Below, one piece after another: positions 9,512-18,421 of a stretch of DNA of 64,000 nt. Every line of letters starts with the position of its first letter. Within the stretch, counting starts at the first letter, position 1. The notes beneath the pieces are model-generated. The model did not search any database. It was given only the letters and a program-made list of their open reading frames with translations, and was not told where the DNA came from. The translations under genes and the position numbers were made by a program. The stretch lies in sequence record NC_027399.1. One strand, given 5' to 3'.

Positions 9512-9693
9512 ATCAACATCAAGATTACAAATATCATAAGCTGCTTGATGAATTCACAGAAAACACAAAAATGTATGGGGTGCTAAAACAGATAGCAACA
9601 AAACATAAAAAAGGAGACTATTTCAATAAAAGATATAATTCAATTATAAATCGATTTGTTACAGAAAGTAATTTTATTATTAAAGGAAAATAA
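9508..9693 (+). CDS. Hypothetical protein
   Basis: ORF track; coupled. Confidence 0.55.
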   Translation: MNQHQDYKYHKLLDEFTENTKMYGVLKQIATKHKKGDYFNKRYNSIINRFVTESNFIIKGK

Positions 9694-9696
9694 TTT

Positions 9697-9846
9697 ATGG
9701 ATATTGATGATACGTATTTATATAATCTTGAATTAGTGAGAGTTGGTGTATTATTAGTAACTTATTATACTAACTACAAATGTATTAATTCTGTTATAAA
9801 TTCTATACTTGATTCATGGGTACATTATAGTTCCAGATTACTATAA
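9697..9846 (+). CDS. Small hypothetical protein (49 aa)
   Basis: SD AAGGA, ATG 9697. Confidence 0.45.
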   Translation: MDIDDTYLYNLELVRVGVLLVTYYTNYKCINSVINSILDSWVHYSSRLL

Positions 9847-9897
9847 TGATTAATTTAAATTTAAGTTACAAAACACATAACTTCGAAAGTATAAAAT

Positions 9898-10200
9898 TTG
9901 ATGAATAAAATAAATGTTGCATACCATACTTGGGAAATGCTTTTTGACTTAACTGATGATTTTTATCCAAGTAACTATTCAAATGTTTATTATGAAGTAT
10001 ATAAAAATTATTATTCAGAACTTAATAATTATGTCAAAGGAACTAAAGTTGAACTTATATTATTATATTCAGTGAGTCCTTCAAAACTAGGAACTGTTAA
10101 TTCAATAAATGTGACACCATTTGGATTACACTTTGAAATAGAACTGTGCCATAATTCAGTAATCGTTTTCCGTGAATATTGTGAAATAAAAGAATATTAA
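9898..10200 (+). CDS. Hypothetical protein, small paralogue family
   Basis: VKGTKVEL...GTVNSI. Confidence 0.6.
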   Translation: MMNKINVAYHTWEMLFDLTDDFYPSNYSNVYYEVYKNYYSELNNYVKGTKVELILLYSVSPSKLGTVNSINVTPFGLHFEIELCHNSVIVFREYCEIKEY

Positions 10201-10214
10201 TATGTGGGGTTATC

Positions 10215-10475
10215 ATGAATTTAAAAACTGATATAGAATATTTCAATTTACTTATGTCATTAGTAAATGAACAATTGGAGCACATGAATAATACTTATAA
10301 AAACACCAATGTATTAATAGATTCACATAAACAGAATTTATATGATGAAGAGGGAAATATTTTATTATTTGATATTTCGGATAAAGACGCTACATTAATG
10401 ATAAGTGTTCAGTACAGTAACGGTTGGTTTGGTCATTTAAACTCAGAATATCATGATTTTGTGATCAAAAAATAA
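10215..10475 (+). CDS. Hypothetical protein, small paralogue family
   Basis: YKNTNVLI...GNILLF. Confidence 0.6.
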   Translation: MNLKTDIEYFNLLMSLVNEQLEHMNNTYKNTNVLIDSHKQNLYDEEGNILLFDISDKDATLMISVQYSNGWFGHLNSEYHDFVIKK

Positions 10476-10484
10476 CAAAAAATA

Positions 10485-10579
10485 TTGCAATGGCTTCTAT
10501 TGTGTTGTATAGTCTGTGTATCGGTCTCACCGGTGGATGTAAAATAAAAATTGAATATTTTTCGTATCAATGATATAGT
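10485..10579 (+). promoter_or_regulatory. Two tandem sigma70-type promoters
   Basis: TTGCAA(10485)-17-TATAGT and TTGAAT(10551)-17-TATAGT. Confidence 0.7.
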
Positions 10580-10608
10580 GTTATAAACATATAAAAGAGG
10601 AAATAAAA

Positions 10609-11280
10609 ATGATCGCTATCTGGTTTATTATGGTTATTCTTGTCGGTGTTTGGGCTAATGCATGGGGTCGTAGTGGTATTTTATTCGGTCTGTTGTCACT
10701 AATTTTATCACCACTGATTGGTGCAATCGTGCTTCTTTGTGCTGGTAAAAAAGTTGTTGCAACACAACCACAAAATATGCAACCAATTCAGAACATCGTA
10801 ATTCATACTAACGGTACTGCTCCACCAGAAGTACAAGTAACAACTGATACTACTGTACTGGAAAAAGAAGACGAATCTGATAAAAAAAAAGATCAAAGTC
10901 TTGAACCCGTAGAAGCAACCGAAGTATCTGAAGTAGTAAATGAGGTTGTTGAATCTTCCCCAAAAGAAGATAATACGAAACCAGTACCAGTTACTAAACA
11001 AAAGAGAGCACAACAAGCGAAAAAAGCACGTACTGTTAAAAAGAAATCAAGTACTGTTGGTGCAACTAAACAAACAAAAACAACTAAAACTGTTGTTGAT
11101 GATTTCAGTAATAAAAATACATCAAACAACAATGATATTATTGATAGTACTTCAATCGTACCTGGTGTGGCCGCCGCTGTTATTACAACCCAAATCCTAA
11201 CGGAGAGTAGTTCAGTGGATAGTATCTCTTCATACGATTCTGGAAGTTGTGACAGTTCTTCAAGTTCTTCATGTGATTAA
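10609..11280 (+). CDS. Membrane protein with a long low-complexity tail
   Basis: N-terminal hydrophobic hairpin, acidic then Lys/Thr-rich region, Ser-rich end ...GSCDSSSSSSCD; SD AGAGGA. Confidence 0.8.
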   Translation: MIAIWFIMVILVGVWANAWGRSGILFGLLSLILSPLIGAIVLLCAGKKVVATQPQNMQPIQNIVIHTNGTAPPEVQVTTDTTVLEKEDESDKKKDQSLEPVEATEVSEVVNEVVESSPKEDNTKPVPVTKQKRAQQAKKARTVKKKSSTVGATKQTKTTKTVVDDFSNKNTSNNNDIIDSTSIVPGVAAAVITTQILTESSSVDSISSYDSGSCDSSSSSSCD

Positions 11281-11285
11281 TAAAC

Positions 11286-11314
11286 AAAAGAAGCCCAAAT
11301 AAGGGCTTCTTTTT
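11286..11314 (+). terminator. Rho-independent terminator (bidirectional form)
   Basis: AAAAGAAGCCC-aaataa-GGGCTTCTTTTT. Confidence 0.85.
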
Positions 11315-11342
11315 ATTTAAGTAAAATATATTAAGGATTAAT

Positions 11343-12089
11343 ATGAGACATTATTTACAAGTAACAGTACCGGATGAAAAGGAATTATATATTGTTGGTG
11401 ATATTCATGGTAATGCAAGACTGTGGGATTTAACTAAAAAAGAATTTGGAATCACTGATAATGATGTAGTATTCAGCCTAGGTGATATTGTGGATCGTGG
11501 TAAAAATAATTCCAAATTACTATTTGAATTTCTTTTTCAAGACAATCGTTATATGATTAACGGTAATCACGAATCCATGCTCGTTGATGGATTGACTAAT
11601 CGTGAATGGTATCATTGTCATATGAGTAATGGTGGAGACAAACTATACGAAGAACTTGGTCATACTGGTGTAGAATTCTTTGCTCAGTACTTAAAAGATT
11701 TACCCATGATCATAGAAATACATTATCGTGGTATGAAAATTGGATTAGTACACGGTTGCTGTCCTTTACGTTATACAGACTGGAACGAATTTTTAACTGA
11801 TAGTTCAACGTTATCTCCAAAAATTGTTGAAGAATGCATTTGGTCCAGAAATGATTTTGACTATGCAAAACAAAACAACACTTATCATTCACCAAGAATT
11901 TCCAATATTGATTATGTCATTTCAGGACATTCCCCTGTATTTGATCCACTAATTTATGGAAACCGATGGTGGATTGATTCACAATTTAGTACTGGAGATT
12001 TGACTGTAGTACAACCAAACAGTGGAAAACTGAGATATTTTAGAAGAGAAAAGGATGCATATTCTTTTGATCGTAAACGTGGTTATTAA
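11343..12089 (+). CDS. Ser/Thr protein phosphatase (calcineurin-like, lambda NinI/PphA type)
   Basis: GDIHG, GDIVDRG, GNHE, HG and GHSP motifs. Confidence 0.88.
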   Translation: MRHYLQVTVPDEKELYIVGDIHGNARLWDLTKKEFGITDNDVVFSLGDIVDRGKNNSKLLFEFLFQDNRYMINGNHESMLVDGLTNREWYHCHMSNGGDKLYEELGHTGVEFFAQYLKDLPMIIEIHYRGMKIGLVHGCCPLRYTDWNEFLTDSSTLSPKIVEECIWSRNDFDYAKQNNTYHSPRISNIDYVISGHSPVFDPLIYGNRWWIDSQFSTGDLTVVQPNSGKLRYFRREKDAYSFDRKRGY

Positions 12090-12101
12090 TAAGGATAAAA
12101 T

Positions 12102-12539
12102 ATGAAACTATATCTATTAGTTAACAGTTATTGTACTGGTAAACAAGCATATATTCAGGCAATGCACGCTGGTTTTGATCTACTCATGAAATACCATGAT
12201 GATTCAACCTATGGTACCAAATGTGTTGATATGATCACCGATTGGTACAATAATCATAAAACAGTAGTAGTACTGAATGCTGGTAATTCAGATATGCTTC
12301 ATTATTATGAGACCATTCTTGACGCACAACAAACAGTTCCATACGATGTTTTCTGTGAACCCGGACTGGATGGTGCCATGACTGCAATTGCAGTACTCGC
12401 CAGTACTGAAATGGTGGAAGATATGAAACACATGCGTGATGGTTTATATGATGATGTTCCTGGATTTTTTGGTGTAAAATATGGTTGTGAATTAGAAGAA
12501 ATCCTAACTGACATGAGTACCATGAGAACTGCGGATTAA
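12102..12539 (+). CDS. Peptidyl-tRNA hydrolase type 2 (PTH2)-like protein
   Basis: GKQAYIQAMHA, W...KTVVVL and EP.L.GA.TAIA resemble PTH2-family patterns. Confidence 0.62.
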   Translation: MKLYLLVNSYCTGKQAYIQAMHAGFDLLMKYHDDSTYGTKCVDMITDWYNNHKTVVVLNAGNSDMLHYYETILDAQQTVPYDVFCEPGLDGAMTAIAVLASTEMVEDMKHMRDGLYDDVPGFFGVKYGCELEEILTDMSTMRTAD

Positions 12540-13210
12540 TGAAAATTTATAATAAAGAAACTAAACTTTATAATAATGTTATAAAATTGTATAATTCTGA
12601 AATTAATTACTTAAAAAGCAAAGTTAAGAAACTCAAAAACAATCCAGTACTTAGAAATGAAATAAAACGAACCAACGAATTATACATCAAAAAGGCAAAA
12701 ACTGAATTATCAAAAGAACATTACACCGCTTACAGTAACTGGATGGAAGCATCCTTAAATGTAAACAAAATAAAGCACAATTTGGGAATAAAAAGTTATT
12801 TACAACTAATAACCGATTTAGAAACACAAAAGGAATTTGTATTAAAAGAAATAGAAAACCAGTTAGGTTCAGTTTTATTTCATTTGTGTGAATTAGATGG
12901 TAATTCCTCAACGCATTATTCTTTCTTTAGTATGAATGGTGTATACATTTGGATTACCAACATCGCAACATCATATATTTTATATGATAATTTTGATTAT
13001 TACAGTACTGAATTATTTGAGGAACTTATAAAGTACCTTCCCAAGAAAAATTCTGAACTGAAATTCATTTTGCATGGTAAAAATAAGCATATAATTGTAA
13101 AAGATGATATTTTTATTCTTTTTGATGAAGTAAATTTTAACCATTTTAGTACAGGATCACTACAGGAACTATTTGAAGAAATTATAAGGATTAATAATGA
13201 GTATACCTAG
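12539..13210 (+). CDS. Hypothetical protein with a coiled-coil N-terminus
   Basis: TAATG coupling; 223 aa. Confidence 0.7.
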   Translation: MKIYNKETKLYNNVIKLYNSEINYLKSKVKKLKNNPVLRNEIKRTNELYIKKAKTELSKEHYTAYSNWMEASLNVNKIKHNLGIKSYLQLITDLETQKEFVLKEIENQLGSVLFHLCELDGNSSTHYSFFSMNGVYIWITNIATSYILYDNFDYYSTELFEELIKYLPKKNSELKFILHGKNKHIIVKDDIFILFDEVNFNHFSTGSLQELFEEIIRINNEYT

Positions 13211-14411
13211 TAAATTATACGTAGCACGTTCATATGCTGGAACAGATAAAATAAATGGAAGTATAATCGATGCAACAAAAGATCATACTAAAGCATATCA
13301 GGATAAAAAATCCAGAGTAGATCAACGCCACCGACATAATACACTGGCTTCACTTGAACTGGATAATGTCCCAACAAAGGGGTTCAGCGTAGTCAAACAA
13401 TATAGTTATGTCAGCCGTGAATGTTTTTTTTCTATTCATCACCCAAGAGGTTTTGAATTTAATATTTCAGTACAAAATATGATCGATTTGATTGCTAATA
13501 ATAATATAATCAATGGTTCATTTGTTGATGAAATGTACTTCGATGATAAATTACAGCTAATCAACAGTAATACTGAAGCGTTTGAAAAAATGAAAAAACG
13601 CGAAGAAATCAAAGAAAAGAACAAAAATACAAAAGAAAATCTTAAATGTGGTAGTGGTTTTGTTTATCTGAAAAATGAATTCTATTACTGCGGTAAAGTT
13701 CATGCAATTAGTGTTCATGCAAACAAAGATTATGCATTAACTGATAAAAGTCGTTCATATGATTTAGTATATGATATTGGCAAGAAACTCTATTCTTTGT
13801 GTAATGATTTGAGTAAGTACCAAATTGAACAAAGAGCACTTCTTAATACAAAAACTGATTTAGAAACAGAAGTACAGAAAGCAAATACATATTTTCAAAG
13901 TACAGTCAAAAAAGAATATGCACCTCTTTCCGACCAAAGAGAACCAGTACTAATTCATACCAAATCATTCAAGAAATCCGACTTACGTATTCAGTACAAT
14001 GATATTTCTTATTCAGAAATGTCAAACGGTGTAAATTATTTTTGTTCTAATTTATTATACTTAGCAGAATATAATAATAACACATATAGAGTGTTCTTTG
14101 GTCTTAATAAAAACTATAAGCCAGGTGTATACCGACATTATAGTAATGATTATGATATAATCAATTCTGGTAATTTTGAGATTTACTGTGCATACCCATG
14201 TACTGTGTCAGAAAATACATTAGAAATGGATGTTGACATTAATAGTCATTATTCTTTTGCTATGTGGGGTGCATATAAATCACCATTCTATCCACCATCC
14301 AAGCGTTATGACGCATATAGTACCAGTTATAAAAACAAAAAGGAACTAATTCATCTTGATCCATCTAATACAGTACTAAAAGTTGGTCGTTATTATCTAC
14401 AAGGAAAGTAA
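13197..14411 (+). CDS. Hypothetical phage protein
   Basis: 404 aa; HPRGFEFNIS..N..DLI segment. Confidence 0.75.
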   Translation: MSIPSKLYVARSYAGTDKINGSIIDATKDHTKAYQDKKSRVDQRHRHNTLASLELDNVPTKGFSVVKQYSYVSRECFFSIHHPRGFEFNISVQNMIDLIANNNIINGSFVDEMYFDDKLQLINSNTEAFEKMKKREEIKEKNKNTKENLKCGSGFVYLKNEFYYCGKVHAISVHANKDYALTDKSRSYDLVYDIGKKLYSLCNDLSKYQIEQRALLNTKTDLETEVQKANTYFQSTVKKEYAPLSDQREPVLIHTKSFKKSDLRIQYNDISYSEMSNGVNYFCSNLLYLAEYNNNTYRVFFGLNKNYKPGVYRHYSNDYDIINSGNFEIYCAYPCTVSENTLEMDVDINSHYSFAMWGAYKSPFYPPSKRYDAYSTSYKNKKELIHLDPSNTVLKVGRYYLQGK

Positions 14412-14413
14412 AA

Positions 14414-15817
14414 ATGAGCATTCTGTCCATTCTAAATGAAATTAAAAATACCAGCAGTACTAATGCAAAAAAAGATATCCTAAGAGAAAATAAAAATAAT
14501 ATTTTACTACAAAAGGTAATCAAATACGCATTGGATCCTCTTAAAGTTTATGGATATAAAAAGCTTCCAGAACCAGTCTCAGACGGTTTCAAAATGAGCC
14601 TTAATGATGCACTGGACGCACTTGACCGTATTGCTAGTCGTGAATTTACTGGTCATACTGGCCGTGATTTTATTGCATCAGTCCTTGGTTCAGTTAATGA
14701 AGATGATGCTGAAGTACTACGTAAAGTATTGGTTAAAAATCTAGATAATGGTATTCAAGCAAAAATGGCAAATGCTGTTTTTGGTAATATCGTTCTCGAT
14801 GAAAGTTATATGCGTTGTGATCTACTTACTGCAAAAACGGCAAAAAAAATTAATTTTAAAAAGTTTGGTTATGCAGTTAGTGAATTAAAACATGATGGTC
14901 AATATCTTTCGCATATTATCAAAGATGGAAAAGTCACGAGTACCAGTCGCAACTCCAAAATATATGACTTTTATGGAACTAAAGATGATGATATGCTAAA
15001 ACTTGCTGAACTTATTCAAAGTTCCGACTCTCGTTTTAGTTCCGGTGTTGTTGTGATGGGTGAAGCATTAGTATACAGTACTGACATGATTAACCCAGAA
15101 CCACGAACTACTGGTAATGGTATTATTCAGAAATTTGGTAAAAATGGTGGTACTATTGACGAAGCCCACAGGGTATTCTTTAAACTATGGGATGTTGTTC
15201 CATATGATGCGTTCATTGAAGGTGAGTGGGATGTTATTAGAAAGGAACGCCGAGAACTATTAGAAAATACATTAAATGAATTAAATTCTAACTTTGTTAA
15301 AATGACTGAGTACAGAATCGTTCATTCATTTAAAGAAGCATTTGATTATAATACAGAAGTGATGACACAAGGTTCCGAAGGTACTATCATCAAGTCTGAA
15401 GACAATATTTTCAAATCACATACATCACCAACACAACTTAAAGTCAAACTCAAGATGGAAGTTGATTTGAAAATTGTTGGATTTGAAAAAGGTGTAGGAA
15501 AACGTAAAGGAACACTTGGTTCTATTATTCTACAAAGTGATGATGGTCAATTAGTGACCAACTGTGGGACTGGTTTCACTGATAAAATGCTTGACGAAAT
15601 CTGGAAAAACAGAGATAATCTTCTTTACAAAATCGTAGCAGTTGAAGCAAATGATATAGTACTTGATAAGCGTACAAAAGTTCCAAGTTTATTCTTACCA
15701 GTATTTGTGGAAATTCGTGAAGATAAGGATACTGCTGATACTTATAGTAGAATTCAAGAAATCAAAGAAAGTAGTATTGAAGTATTCAGTACTAAACTAT
15801 TAGAATCAATCAAATAA
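14414..15817 (+). CDS. ATP-dependent DNA ligase (T4 gp30-like)
   Basis: ELKHDG motif I, GEAL, WDVVP, EGTIIK, KVKLKMEVDL and an OB-fold with GTGF. Confidence 0.93.
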   Translation: MSILSILNEIKNTSSTNAKKDILRENKNNILLQKVIKYALDPLKVYGYKKLPEPVSDGFKMSLNDALDALDRIASREFTGHTGRDFIASVLGSVNEDDAEVLRKVLVKNLDNGIQAKMANAVFGNIVLDESYMRCDLLTAKTAKKINFKKFGYAVSELKHDGQYLSHIIKDGKVTSTSRNSKIYDFYGTKDDDMLKLAELIQSSDSRFSSGVVVMGEALVYSTDMINPEPRTTGNGIIQKFGKNGGTIDEAHRVFFKLWDVVPYDAFIEGEWDVIRKERRELLENTLNELNSNFVKMTEYRIVHSFKEAFDYNTEVMTQGSEGTIIKSEDNIFKSHTSPTQLKVKLKMEVDLKIVGFEKGVGKRKGTLGSIILQSDDGQLVTNCGTGFTDKMLDEIWKNRDNLLYKIVAVEANDIVLDKRTKVPSLFLPVFVEIREDKDTADTYSRIQEIKESSIEVFSTKLLESIK

Positions 15818-15825
15818 GGTATATT

Positions 15826-16119
15826 ATGAAAATTAAATCACTAATTGCAGGTTTTTCATTGGCATCTATTATTTTCATTACTGGTTGTACTGACGCAACT
15901 CAATCACAAATCATGTCACTTGGTAATATTCATCAAGTTAAATGTTATAGTGGTGGAGTAGAAATCTTTAATGATTACAGTACTGGTAAAGTGAATGATG
16001 AAAGTGGTAATGGTATTGGATATGAATCTTACTATACTAAACAATATGTAAACACATATGCAGATTGTATTGTACATACTATGCCAAATAATTTTGTGCC
16101 TCCTTCTAAATCAGAATAA
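15826..16119 (+). CDS. Putative lipoprotein
   Basis: Signal peptide with lipobox ITGC. Confidence 0.7.
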   Translation: MKIKSLIAGFSLASIIFITGCTDATQSQIMSLGNIHQVKCYSGGVEIFNDYSTGKVNDESGNGIGYESYYTKQYVNTYADCIVHTMPNNFVPPSKSE

Positions 16120-16132
16120 GGAATATTAAAAT

Positions 16133-16158
16133 AGAGCACTTTGTGCTCTCTAATTTTT
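16133..16158 (+). terminator. Rho-independent terminator
   Basis: AGAGCAC-ttt-GTGCTCT followed by T5. Confidence 0.65.
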
Positions 16159-16554
16159 ATGTACATAAAAATGCTAAATTTTAGGAATAATGATTTTATA
16201 TTTACATCAACTGCATCACCACAGTCGTATTTGAATATGAATAATCTACCTTATGGTATTATGTACCATTGTGATGTATCTACAATTTTTGATTCCAATA
16301 ATCCTGAATTTCATTTCGTTGAAAAATCAAGATATAATAACAATGTTGGTATTATCAATGGTGGATTATATGAGTATGCATTTGATTACGATAAAAATTA
16401 TTATGTAGCAATACCAAATAGTAGTTTAGTGTATTCATATATGCTGACTGATATAATTGGATTACCATTCAGTACTAAATTATTGAAATTTGATTTGAGG
16501 GTGATTGAACCAGTACTATTATGGGATTTTATTTTTGCAATGAAATCGCTTTAA
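16141..16554 (+). CDS. Hypothetical protein (true start probably downstream, 16171 or 16237)
   Basis: ORF track; the 5' end overlaps a terminator. Confidence 0.45.
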   Translation: MCSLIFMYIKMLNFRNNDFIFTSTASPQSYLNMNNLPYGIMYHCDVSTIFDSNNPEFHFVEKSRYNNNVGIINGGLYEYAFDYDKNYYVAIPNSSLVYSYMLTDIIGLPFSTKLLKFDLRVIEPVLLWDFIFAMKSL

Positions 16555-16557
16555 TTC

Positions 16558-16677
16558 TTGACAAATGTAAAAATTTGTGATATAGTGATTGTAATGATTG
16601 CAGTATTAAAATACGTATATGTAAAATGGAGAATATACTATGATTAATTTGACATAAGAAGAAACTGCTGTTATTAT
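16558..16677 (+). promoter_or_regulatory. Two sigma70-type promoters
   Basis: TTGACA(16558)-17-TATAGT and TTGACA(16649)-17-TATTAT. Confidence 0.7.
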
Positions 16678-16695
16678 AAAAAAAATAATCAATAA

Positions 16696-16719
16696 GCTCA
16701 CCATAAGGTGAGCATTTTT
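16696..16719 (+). terminator. Rho-independent terminator
   Basis: GCTCACC-ataa-GGTGAGC-aTTTTT. Confidence 0.75.
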
Positions 16720-16768
16720 GTCTCAAAATACTTACAATTTAATAGATTAAAATATACAAAGGATTTGT

Positions 16769-17593
16769 ATGAAAGTAACAGGAAAGGGAAATCAGAAGGA
16801 TGACCTATTTCATATAGATAAGTTTTTAAATACTGGTAAATTTTTACCAGGAACAATATTTTCTCGTTCAACTACTAGACAAAAGAACAATAAAGGTGTA
16901 ATATCATATCCATATTGGAATTATAAATGCCCCAAATGTTCACATGATGAATTCGTTGAACATGGTTTATGTTCTGGTGTATTCGAAGGTGAATGTCAAA
17001 AACTAAAATTAGGAAAACGTAATTGTAGATGTGCTCCGACATATAGGTGGACACAAGAACAACGAGAATATCAAATACAAAAAGAAATCGATGAACGTGG
17101 TCTAGAAAATTATTTTATTGGATGGGTTGATCCTGAAGGATATAAAAATAATGGAAGTAAAATTATAATTGGATGTATAAATTCAGATGATGATGGTACC
17201 CAACATAAAAGTTATACTATAGCAATAAATGATTTTCTCCATGGACATAAAGGTTGTGCTAAATGTGCCGGTCAAACACAAAAACATGCATATATAAATG
17301 TTGTATATAATGAAAATAAACCAGTAGCTATAAAATTTGGAATTGCAAATGCACCACACATAAGGATTGAATTTCAAAATAGTAAAAATTTATATAAGAT
17401 GGTTCAAACGCACATTTACAAATTTTTCAGTACTGAACAATGTAAAGATGCTGAACGATATTGTAAATCAATTTATAAAAATGTTTTAACAAAAGAACAA
17501 CTATTTGATGGTTATACTGAAACCACACTATTGGAAAATATAGAAAATATTATTCAAATCTATGAAAAATATGGTGGAATCAGAACAAAATAA
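16769..17593 (+). CDS. Free-standing homing-type endonuclease (Cys-rich N-terminus, GIY-YIG/T5orf172-like C-terminus)
   Basis: CPKC and CAKC Zn motifs, then AYINVV...KFGIAN....RI..Q...Y...AE. Confidence 0.62.
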   Translation: MKVTGKGNQKDDLFHIDKFLNTGKFLPGTIFSRSTTRQKNNKGVISYPYWNYKCPKCSHDEFVEHGLCSGVFEGECQKLKLGKRNCRCAPTYRWTQEQREYQIQKEIDERGLENYFIGWVDPEGYKNNGSKIIIGCINSDDDGTQHKSYTIAINDFLHGHKGCAKCAGQTQKHAYINVVYNENKPVAIKFGIANAPHIRIEFQNSKNLYKMVQTHIYKFFSTEQCKDAERYCKSIYKNVLTKEQLFDGYTETTLLENIENIIQIYEKYGGIRTK

Positions 17594-17662
17594 TGATTGA
17601 CATTTTATTTGTTTATGTTACAATGTCTCTATAAATTGATTAATAAACACGAGGAAATACAA

Positions 17663-18364
17663 ATGCTAGATCAATTCACATTCGGTGGTTACTCATCCGG
17701 TACACAAATTACTAACTACAGTGTTCCAATTGTGGTAGAAAAAGAAAATGGGCAAGAGCGTTCTTATGACTTGTCTTCTCGTATGATGAAAGAACGTATT
17801 ATTTTCATCGATTCTGATTTCAATCCACAAATGGCACACATTCTAAAAATGCAACTACTTTGGCTTGACTCACAGGATGATGCACCAATTGTATTGTATG
17901 TATCATCACCTGGTGGTTCTGTTCATGATGGTCTAGGTATTGCTGACGTTGCGAAATACTGTCGCTCTCCAATTCGTACTATTGTAATGGGATACGCCGC
18001 CAGTATGGGTGCGTTTACACAAAGTACAGTAGGTACTCCAGGTCATCGTTTTGCTGGTGAATCTGCTATGATTATGTGTCACCAAGTATCTTCAGGCACT
18101 AAAGGTCTAATTACTGATCAGAAGATTGCTCTAAAGCATACTGAACGCCTTAATGAACTACTGATGAAACGCATTGCTGAAAGTGTTGGTGTTTCATATG
18201 AACAACTACTTGAAGATGCTGACCGTGACTTGTGGCTAAATGCTGAAGAGTCACTAAATTATGGTACTAAAGGTTTCATTGATGGTATTATTCTTAGTGC
18301 TAAAAATGAAAAAGGTGAATTCCTAGTTCGTCGTCGCGGTGGCGTAGAAGAGTGGGTCAAATAA
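17663..18364 (+). CDS. clpP: ATP-dependent Clp protease proteolytic subunit
   Basis: ERSYDLSSRMMKERIIF, SPGGSV, AASMG (Ser), MCHQ (His), DRDLW (Asp); SD GAGGA before ATG 17663. Confidence 0.92.
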   Translation: MLDQFTFGGYSSGTQITNYSVPIVVEKENGQERSYDLSSRMMKERIIFIDSDFNPQMAHILKMQLLWLDSQDDAPIVLYVSSPGGSVHDGLGIADVAKYCRSPIRTIVMGYAASMGAFTQSTVGTPGHRFAGESAMIMCHQVSSGTKGLITDQKIALKHTERLNELLMKRIAESVGVSYEQLLEDADRDLWLNAEESLNYGTKGFIDGIILSAKNEKGEFLVRRRGGVEEWVK

Positions 18365-18384
18365 TTTAGTACTGAATAATTAAA

Positions 18385-18407
18385 ACCCTCCAATTGGAGG
18401 GTATTTT
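18385..18407 (+). terminator. Rho-independent terminator
   Basis: ACCCTCC-aatt-GGAGGGT-aTTTT. Confidence 0.75.
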
Positions 18408-18421
18408 GTATAGAGAGTAAT

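Noticed and set aside
10514-10550. Short GC-rich patch (CGGT-CTC-ACCG) as an sRNA or tRNA remnant
   Set aside because: Only a 4-bp stem with no terminator; explained as spacer between tandem promoters.
17597-17662. Longer ClpP start given in the ORF track
   Set aside because: No SD there; GAGGA precedes ATG 17663 and homology begins after it.
17663-18364. ClpP as a prohead protease marking a head module
   Set aside because: No portal, terminase or capsid genes nearby; the context is early/metabolic.
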